Shown piece after piece: positions 57,532 to 64,000 of a DNA stretch of 64,000 bases. Every line of letters starts with the position of its first letter. Within the stretch, counting starts at the first letter, position 1. The DNA is taken from contig JBGQGY010000001.1 of NCBI GenBank assembly GCA_041497675.1, forward strand, positions 13,727 through 77,726, read 5' to 3'. The position numbers and the translations under genes are program-made. Under the pieces are notes generated by a model that saw only the letters and a program-made list of their open reading frames with translations, ran no database searches and had not been told where the DNA came from. The DNA is from a bacterium (GTDB lineage Bacteria; Sysuimicrobiota; Sysuimicrobiia; Sysuimicrobiales; Humicultoraceae).

Positions 57532-58322
57532 ATGGTGGAGCTCGACGAACGCAAGCGAGCGATCCTGTGCGCCGTCGTGGAGGAGTACACGCGGTCGGCG
57601 GAGCCGGTGGGGTCAGAGCACCCGCTGGTCCGTGACCGGCTGCGCGTCAGCCCTGCCACAATCCGAAGCGCGATGGCCGGGTTGGAGGAGATGGGGCTCC
57701 TGACGCATCCTCACACGTCCGCCGGGCGCATGCCCACCGATCGCGGATACCGAACCTACGTCGACATGCTCCTCGACGGCGAGCCATTGTCGTCCCCTGA
57801 CCGACAAACGATTCGCCGCAAGATTGACGACGTGGCGGCCGAACCGACCGGTGCCGCAGGGCAGGCGGCGCGGGTCCTGGCCTCGGTGACCCAGTACCCG
57901 TCGGTCGTCGCGTCCCCTGGTTTGCAGAACCAGATCTTTCGCTCGCTTCACCTCGTGCCCTTCGGGGCGCGGAAAGTGCTCGCCGTCATTGCGACCAACT
58001 CGGGCACGTTGCGGGGGCAGGCACTCGATCTGCCCGACGACGTGGAGCCGGAAGACCTCGAGCGGCTCTCCGGCGAGATTGCGCGCTGGCCGAGGTGCTG
58101 GCCGGCGCGCCGCGACAGGGGCTGTGGATCTCAACTGGAGCCGAGAACCGTTGCGAGGAACTGCAGGCCTGCAGCCTGATCATGGCCGCCTTTGAGTGTG
58201 GTGATCAGATGGTCGGCACCGTGGGCATCGTCGGCCCGACGCGGATGCGGTACCGTCAGGCCCTGACCGCCGTGCGCTACGTGGCCGATCGACTCAGCCA
58301 GGTGCTGCGAGTCCTTGAGTAG
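57532..58322 (+). pseudogene. hrcA: hrcA, heat-inducible repressor, disrupted by a frameshift near 58081-58086 and about 75-80 aa shorter in the middle than typical HrcA
   Basis: The N-terminal 184 aa (wHTH ...SATIRSAMAGLEEMGLL..., VLAVIATNSGTLRG) are in frame A, which stops at 58179. The conserved C-terminal about 80 aa (GLWISTGAEN...CSLIMAAF...VGIVGPTRMRY) are in frame B, open from 57828 to 58322. Removing a single base would join them as ...LSGEIARLAEVLAGAPRQGLWIS.... Confidence 0.6.
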
Positions 58323-59436
58323 TCCCCGGTCGGCCCGCGACCTCTACGAAATCCTTGGCGTCGAGCGCGGCGCGACACAAGATGAGATCAAAGCGGCCTA
58401 CCGCCGTCTGGCGCGCGAGACCCACCCCGACGTCCGCCGCGATGATCCTCACGCCACGGAGCGCTTCAAGGAAGTGAACGAAGCCTACGCCGTCCTGAGC
58501 GATCCGGATAAGCGCGACGACTATGATCGGTACGGGCAGGTTGGCCGGGGTGGGTCCTCTGATCCCTTCCAAGGTCCCGTTGGGCCGTTCGGCGACTTGT
58601 TCGACCTGTTCTTCGGTGGGCACGCCGCGTCCGCGCGGCCCGACCGCTCGGGCCCAGAGCGCGGCTCGGACCTACGGCTCGACATCGAGCTCACGCTCGA
58701 GGAGGTGGCCTCCGGTGTCGAACGTCAGGTGACCGCCGGGCGGCTCGAGACGTGCCCAGCGTGTTTTGGTACGGGGGCCGAGCGAGGCGCGACCCCGGAG
58801 CGATGCCCGACGTGCCAGGGGGCCGGTGAAGTCCGCCGGACGCAGCGCACGGTGCTTGGCCACATGACGCAGATCGGGTCGTGCCCGCAGTGCAGCGGCA
58901 CGGGCACGTACATCGCCAAACCGTGTGCGAAGTGCCGGGGCGCGGGCCGGCTGGAGACGCGGCGCGAGGTGACGGTCTCGGTGCCGGCCGGGGTTGAGCA
59001 TGGGATGCACCTGCGTCTGGCGAGTGAGGGCGAAGCCGGGGCGCGCGGCGGCGCACGAGGCGATCTGTTTGTCGTCATCCACGTGAAGCCCCATGAGATC
59101 TTTGAACGGCGCGGGACCGATCTGTCCTGCGAGGTAAAAGTATCGATGGTCCAGGCGGCGATCGGTGACGAGATCCGCATCCCGACGCTCACCGGCGAAG
59201 CGACGCTGACCGTGCCCCCGGGTACGCAGCCGGGCGCGAGGCTCACGATGCGGGGTCAGGGGTTGCCGGGGGTGCGCGGCGGTCGCGGCGACCTGCACGC
59301 GGCGATCCGCGTTGAGATCCCGCGCAACCTGACGGCCGAGCAGCGTGCACTGCTGCAGGAGTTCGGCGGGCTGCGCGCTGATCGTCCGGGCAAGCGCAAG
59401 ACGGTCCTGAAGAAAGTCAAAGACCTGCTGCAGTAA
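58315..59436 (+). CDS. dnaJ: Molecular chaperone DnaJ
   Basis: TTG start overlapping the hrcA stop. J domain (DLYEILGV...HPD), G/F region, four CxxCxGxG zinc-finger repeats, C-terminal domains. Confidence 0.95.
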   Translation: MSSPRSARDLYEILGVERGATQDEIKAAYRRLARETHPDVRRDDPHATERFKEVNEAYAVLSDPDKRDDYDRYGQVGRGGSSDPFQGPVGPFGDLFDLFFGGHAASARPDRSGPERGSDLRLDIELTLEEVASGVERQVTAGRLETCPACFGTGAERGATPERCPTCQGAGEVRRTQRTVLGHMTQIGSCPQCSGTGTYIAKPCAKCRGAGRLETRREVTVSVPAGVEHGMHLRLASEGEAGARGGARGDLFVVIHVKPHEIFERRGTDLSCEVKVSMVQAAIGDEIRIPTLTGEATLTVPPGTQPGARLTMRGQGLPGVRGGRGDLHAAIRVEIPRNLTAEQRALLQEFGGLRADRPGKRKTVLKKVKDLLQ

Positions 59437-59440
59437 CCCC

Positions 59441-60325
59441 GTGCGGTGGATTGAAGTGTCCGTGGACGCGACCCGATCGTGGGTAGAAGCGGTGGGGGAC
59501 GCGCTCCTGCAGTACTGCCCGCAAGGGTTCTCGGAGAGCGCAGCCGGCCGGGCGGGTCACCGCCTGCTCCGCGCCTACCTCCCCACAGGGGTGGATGGTC
59601 GCGCGAGATTGCGGTTGCTCCGGCGAGCGGTCGTCAGGTTGGCGGGTCGACCACGCGTGCGGGCACGCGTGGTGCATGATGCGGGATGGGCGGCGCTGTG
59701 GAAGATCCACGCGCACCCGTTCCGGGTCGGGCGTGTCCTGATCCAGCCCAGCGGGGGGACGGTTCACGCGGATCGTCACGGCGACGGTCGAGCGGCCGGC
59801 GGTGCCGCTCACGTCGTGGTCAGGCTCGACCCCGGTATGGCCTTCGGCAGCGGTGAGCATGCCTCGACGCAGTTGTGTCTGTCGGCGATCGACCGGTTTG
59901 TCACACGCCGATCGGTGCTGATCGACCTCGGAACCGGATCGGGGATTCTGGCGATCGCCGCCGCGCGGTTCGGGGCGCGTCGCGTGCTGGCGATCGACAA
60001 CGACCCGCTTGCGGTGGCCGTCGCACGCGCAAACGTCAGGCGAAACGGTGTCGCGCGCCGGGTCACGGTGCGCCGCGGGGAGGGGCTGGCGGGGGTTCGG
60101 CGCCGCGCCGACCTCATCGTGGCGAATCTGACAGCGGACATCTTGCCCGGGGTGTTGGACGACGTCGCGCGGTGTCTCGTCCCCGGCGGCGGGTTCGTCG
60201 CGTCGGGGTTCGGCAGCCCGCGGGTCGCGGAGGTCCGACGGCGCATTCGGGCGGCCGGGCTGCGCGTGGTGGCCACACGGCGCGTGCGTGGATGGTGCGC
60301 TGTGCACGCGGCCAGCAGGCCATGA
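59441..60325 (+). CDS. prmA: Ribosomal protein L11 methyltransferase
   Basis: GTG start. FGSGEHASTQLCL and DLGTGSGILAIAA SAM motifs. Conserved position after dnaJ. Confidence 0.85.
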   Translation: MRWIEVSVDATRSWVEAVGDALLQYCPQGFSESAAGRAGHRLLRAYLPTGVDGRARLRLLRRAVVRLAGRPRVRARVVHDAGWAALWKIHAHPFRVGRVLIQPSGGTVHADRHGDGRAAGGAAHVVVRLDPGMAFGSGEHASTQLCLSAIDRFVTRRSVLIDLGTGSGILAIAAARFGARRVLAIDNDPLAVAVARANVRRNGVARRVTVRRGEGLAGVRRRADLIVANLTADILPGVLDDVARCLVPGGGFVASGFGSPRVAEVRRRIRAAGLRVVATRRVRGWCAVHAASRP

Positions 60326-61071
60326 GCGCGGCCGAGTCCCCCCGGGTCCGGAGGCGCTTTTTCGCACCTGCGGCGGCCCTCGACAGTGAGCGGGTCGTTT
60401 TTCTGCCGCGGGAGGCGCATCACATCGCGCACGTGCTGCGGCTGCGGCCCGGCGCGCGACTGGTCGCGTTCGACGGCGCGCGTGAGGTTGACGTCGAGCT
60501 CGACACCGTGAGCCCTGAGGTCGTGGCGCGGCGCCTCGGCACCCCGGCCCCGTCGCGGCGACCGATTGAGATCGCATTGCTGCAGGGCGTCGCGCGCGGT
60601 CCGAGGATGGATCTCGTCGTCCGCATGGCCACGGAGATCGGGATCTCCGCGATCCATCCGGTGCTGACGAGCCGCGCCGTGGCCGATCCGGCACCCGCCC
60701 GTGTGGACCGGTGGCGCCGGATCGCGCTGGAATCCGCCCGCCAGTGTGGACGCGCCGATCTGCCGGACATTCATCCTCCGGCGAGTCTCAGCGAATCGCT
60801 CGCGGCCCTCGGCCCGGTGGATCTCTTGTTGGTCCCCTGGGAAGAGGAGTCGCGGCCGATTGGGACGGTGCTGGCCGACCGCGCGTGTGCGACCGTCGCC
60901 GTGGTCATCGGGCCCGAGGGCGGTTTGACTCTGGGAGAGGTCGACCTCGCACGGCGCGCCGGGGGCGAGACAGTGTCTCTCGGGCCCTTGATCCTGCGCA
61001 CGGAGACCGCCGGGCTCGTGGCGGCGGCGATGATCATCTACGAGCGTCTGCTCCGCCCCGCGCCACGGTAG
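60322..61071 (+). CDS. rsmE: 16S rRNA (uracil1498-N3)-methyltransferase RsmE
   Basis: ATG overlaps the prmA stop as ATGA. PUA-like N-terminus and SPOUT C-terminal motifs (VVIGPEGGLT, PLILRTETA). Confidence 0.85.
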   Translation: MSAAESPRVRRRFFAPAAALDSERVVFLPREAHHIAHVLRLRPGARLVAFDGAREVDVELDTVSPEVVARRLGTPAPSRRPIEIALLQGVARGPRMDLVVRMATEIGISAIHPVLTSRAVADPAPARVDRWRRIALESARQCGRADLPDIHPPASLSESLAALGPVDLLLVPWEEESRPIGTVLADRACATVAVVIGPEGGLTLGEVDLARRAGGETVSLGPLILRTETAGLVAAAMIIYERLLRPAPR

Positions 61072-61082
61072 GCTACACCAGT

Positions 61083-61110
61083 TGCATTTCCATGCACCGG
61101 TATGTATAAT
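61083..61110 (+). promoter_or_regulatory. Strong sigma70 promoter of argCJB (-35 TTGCAT, 16-nt spacer, -10 TATAAT), consistent with leaderless/short-leader argC mRNA
   Basis: The -10 ends 9 nt before the argC ATG. A partial ARG-box-like sequence TGTATAATCATAC overlaps the -10. Confidence 0.6.
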
Positions 61111-61119
61111 CATACCATT

Positions 61120-62157
61120 ATGCCAATCCGTGTCAGCATCATTGGAGCCTCCGGATATGGTGGTGGGGAGCTCGTGCGACTGCTCGTCGGCCACCCCGAG
61201 GTGCGCCTCGTGCACCTGACCGCCGAGAGCCGCAAGGCCGAGCCCTACGGCGAGGTCTTTCCGAACCTGCGCGGGTTCGTCTCGCACGTCACCGAAGAAG
61301 CCAACCTCGAAGCCATCGGGGCCGACTCTGACGTCGTCTTCTTCGCGCTCCCCAACGGCATGCCGATGACGATGGCGCCGAAGTTGGGCTCCAAGGTGAA
61401 GATCGTCGATCTCGGCGCCGACTTCCGGTTGAAGAATCTCGCCACGTACAAGCAGTGGTACAAGGCCGATCATGCCTGCCCGGACCTGTTGTCGGAGTCC
61501 GTCTACGGCCAGCCGGAACTCCACCGCGAGGAGATCAAGAGCGCCCGCGTCATCGGCAACCCGGGCTGTTATCCAACGGCGGCCCTGATCGCCATCGCCC
61601 CGTATGTCCAGGCCAACGTCGTCGAGCGCAACGACATCATCGTCGACGCCAAGTCCGGCGTGTCGGGTGCCGGGCGAGGCGCCTCGATGGGCGTGCACTT
61701 CTCCGAAGTGAACGAGAATGTCAAACCCTATAACGTGGCCGCGCACCGGCACGGCCCGGAAATGGAGCAAGAAGTCGCAGCGCTGGCCGGGGCGCCAATG
61801 ACCGTCACGTTCACGCCGCATCTGATTCCGATGACGCGCGGCATCCTGGCGACGGTCTACATGCGTCTGGTGCACTCCATGACCACCGCTGAGGCCGAGG
61901 GTGTCCTGCTGGAAGCGTACGCACACGAACCGTTCGTGCGGGTGCTACCGGGTGGTCTCCCGGAGACCAAAGCCACGTTTGGATCGAACTACTGCGACGT
62001 GGCGGTGCGCGTCGATCCGCGCGGCAAGGTGTTGATCGTCATGGCCGCCATCGACAACCTGGTCAAGGGTGCGTCGGGCCAGGCGATCCAGAACATGAAC
62101 CTGATGTGTGGGGTGTCCGAGCGCACGGGGATCGATCGCCCGCCGATCTACCCGTAG
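61120..62157 (+). CDS. argC: N-acetyl-gamma-glutamyl-phosphate reductase
   Basis: IIGASGYGGGEL and the catalytic Cys context GNPGCYPT are present. The start is at MPIRVSII rather than the upstream in-frame ATG. Confidence 0.9.
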   Translation: MPIRVSIIGASGYGGGELVRLLVGHPEVRLVHLTAESRKAEPYGEVFPNLRGFVSHVTEEANLEAIGADSDVVFFALPNGMPMTMAPKLGSKVKIVDLGADFRLKNLATYKQWYKADHACPDLLSESVYGQPELHREEIKSARVIGNPGCYPTAALIAIAPYVQANVVERNDIIVDAKSGVSGAGRGASMGVHFSEVNENVKPYNVAAHRHGPEMEQEVAALAGAPMTVTFTPHLIPMTRGILATVYMRLVHSMTTAEAEGVLLEAYAHEPFVRVLPGGLPETKATFGSNYCDVAVRVDPRGKVLIVMAAIDNLVKGASGQAIQNMNLMCGVSERTGIDRPPIYP

Positions 62158-62181
62158 CGAAGAAAGGACGGAGAGACGCCG

Positions 62182-63399
62182 ATGGCGATCTTGCGGCACC
62201 AGGTGACGGCCATGGAGGGCACCGTGACCACGCCGCGCGGGTTTCGCGCAGCGGGGATTCACTGCGGCATCAAACCGGAGAAGCCCGACCTGGCGCTGAT
62301 CGTCTCCGACGCGCCCGCGCCGGCCGCCGGCATGTTCACGCAGATCAAGACACGCTCCGCGCCGGTGATTATCAACGAGATGAAGTTGAAGAGCGGCCGG
62401 GCGCAGGCGGTGATCATCAACAGCGGGAACGCCAACGCCGCCACGGGGGAGCGAGGGTTCGCCGACGCGCGCACGATGTGCGCCGCCGCGGCGAAGGCCT
62501 TGGGCATCACCGACGACCTGGTGCTCGTCGCCAGCACGGGGGTGATCGGGCGGCCGCTCCCGATCGAGAAGATCACCACGGCCGTGCCGTCGCTGGTGGC
62601 AGCCCTGGGCTCGGACGGGATGACCGCCGCGCGCGCCATCCTGACGACCGACGCCTTTGCAAAGACTGCCGCCGCCGAAGTCGACCTGGGCGACCGCACG
62701 ATCAGGATCGGCGGCATCGCCAAAGGGGCGGGGATGATCCATCCGAACATGGCGACGATGATCGCCGTGATCACGACCGACGCCGCAGTCGAGCCGGTCG
62801 TCCTGCGGACGGCGGTACGGGCCGCGGTGGGGAAAACGTTCAACTGTATCAGCGTGGACGGCGACACCTCGACAAGCGACAGCGTCTTCCTCCTGGCGAA
62901 CGGAGCCTCAGGCAGCGCGCCGATGACCGCCGAAGACGACCGCTACGCGGCCTTCGTGGCCGGGCTCACGCACGTCGCGGGCCGGCTGGCGCGGCTGATC
63001 GTTGAGGATGGCGAGGGGACGACCCGATTGATCGAGGTCACGGTGCGCGGCGCCCGGTCCGACGCCGATGCGCGGTTGGCGGGGCGGACGGTCATGAGCT
63101 CAATGCTCGTGAAGACGATGTTTTACGGCGCCGAGCTCAACTGGGGGCGGATCACCGCCGCGGTGGGCCGTAGCGGCGCGGACGTGGATCCCGATCGTCT
63201 GGGCGTCGCGATCGGCGATGTCTGGATCGTGAAGAACGGGGTCGGCGTCCCCGCGGTCTACGCGCAGGCCGAACCCCTGCTGCGCGAGAAAGAGGTGCGC
63301 GTCACGATCGACCTCGGGCTGGGTGACGGGACGTTTACCGGGTGGACCAACGATCTGGGCGAGACATACGTGAAGATCAACAGCGGGTATCTCACGTGA
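62182..63399 (+). CDS. argJ: Bifunctional glutamate N-acetyltransferase / amino-acid acetyltransferase ArgJ
   Basis: ArgJ autoproteolytic site context ATMIAVITTDA and overall ArgJ pattern. Confidence 0.9.
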   Translation: MAILRHQVTAMEGTVTTPRGFRAAGIHCGIKPEKPDLALIVSDAPAPAAGMFTQIKTRSAPVIINEMKLKSGRAQAVIINSGNANAATGERGFADARTMCAAAAKALGITDDLVLVASTGVIGRPLPIEKITTAVPSLVAALGSDGMTAARAILTTDAFAKTAAAEVDLGDRTIRIGGIAKGAGMIHPNMATMIAVITTDAAVEPVVLRTAVRAAVGKTFNCISVDGDTSTSDSVFLLANGASGSAPMTAEDDRYAAFVAGLTHVAGRLARLIVEDGEGTTRLIEVTVRGARSDADARLAGRTVMSSMLVKTMFYGAELNWGRITAAVGRSGADVDPDRLGVAIGDVWIVKNGVGVPAVYAQAEPLLREKEVRVTIDLGLGDGTFTGWTNDLGETYVKINSGYLT

Positions 63400-64000
63400 T
63401 CACGTCACCGGCGATCGATCTGGCCACCGAGGCCCGGTTGATCGCCGCGGGGGTTCGGTATGCCGCCGCGTGGCGGGGGAAGACCGTCGTCATCAAGTAC
63501 GGCGGCAGCGTACTCGATGCCGGTGCCGCGGGCACGGTGATCGAAGACCTGGTGTTGCTGAAGGGTGCAGGGGTGAACCCCGTTCTCGTGCACGGCGGCG
63601 GTCCTGAGATCACCAAGATGCTCGAACGGGTCGGCAAAGAAGCGCGATTCGTCAACGGTCTGCGCGTGACGGACGCCGAGACGATGGAAATCGTCGAAAT
63701 GGTGCTTGCGGGGCGGACCAACAAGGCCATGGTGACGATGATCGGCACCGCGGGCGGCAGCGCCGTGGGACTGTCCGGCAAAGACGCCGGCCTGCTGCGC
63801 GCCCGCAAGTTGACCGGTCCGGTCGATCTGGGTTTCGTCGGCGAGGTCACCGACGTGCACCCCGAGGTGATCCACACCATCAGTGCGACCGGACACATCC
63901 CGGTGATCGCGTCAATCGGCATCGGGCCCGAGGGCGAGAGTCTAAATTTGAACGCCGATCATGCCGCCGGCGCGCTCGCCGCGGCCGTCGGTGCGAGCAA
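63396..64000 (+). CDS. argB: Acetylglutamate kinase, 3' end truncated by window edge
   Basis: GTG overlaps the argJ stop as GTGA. GKTVVIKYGGS and VLVHGGGPEI motifs. The ORF continues past the window end. Confidence 0.9.
   Translation, partial: MITSPAIDLATEARLIAAGVRYAAAWRGKTVVIKYGGSVLDAGAAGTVIEDLVLLKGAGVNPVLVHGGGPEITKMLERVGKEARFVNGLRVTDAETMEIVEMVLAGRTNKAMVTMIGTAGGSAVGLSGKDAGLLRARKLTGPVDLGFVGEVTDVHPEVIHTISATGHIPVIASIGIGPEGESLNLNADHAAGALAAAVGAS

Overview
This is a high-GC (about 68 to 70%) bacterial chromosomal segment carrying roughly 65 protein-coding genes, one tRNA-Val(GAC) and several recognisable cis-regulatory elements. Gene order resembles Terrabacteria (high-GC Firmicutes, Chloroflexi or Actinobacteria): comEC-DUF3006-holA convergent with rpsT, the hrcA-dnaJ-prmA-rsmE block with a CIRCE operator, and argC-argJ-argB. 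No transposase, integrase, CRISPR array or prophage gene was found. The many long ORFs lying antisense to real genes are treated as high-GC artefacts. Housekeeping genes present are thrS, typA, rlmD, murJ, holA, rpsT, dnaJ, prmA, rsmE, argCJB, panE, pip, a type II isocitrate dehydrogenase, an aminotransferase and an M20 peptidase. Accessory content comprises a FeoB/FeoA iron importer, a Dpp/Opp-like ABC permease and binding-protein set, an amino-acid binding protein, an EamA exporter, two nitroreductases, three amidohydrolases, a creatininase, a tandem-GNAT plus C45 acyltransferase pair, a PAS4-GAF-GGDEF / HEAT-repeat / HD-GYP c-di-GMP operon, two standalone cNMP-binding proteins flanking an FAD oxidoreductase, an NHL beta-propeller, an orphan prepilin-type protein and several secreted or lipoprotein hypotheticals. 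The observations most worth a second look are listed here. (1) A T-box leader with its own promoter lies upstream of thrS. (2) hrcA carries an internal frameshift and looks roughly 80 aa short, yet sits behind an intact CIRCE and leads a dnaJ operon that lacks grpE and dnaK. (3) feoB precedes a FeoA gene that carries an N-terminal 8-Cys domain, downstream of a low-GC region with two copies of a TTAGGnnGTCCTnA motif. (4) The amidohydrolase-XRE operon has a 5' leader containing an intrinsic terminator and a 29-codon leader ORF. (5) The GGDEF-HEAT-HD-GYP operon and (6) the cNMP-oxidoreductase-cNMP module are candidate second-messenger modules. Everything is inferred from reading the sequence; no database search was possible.
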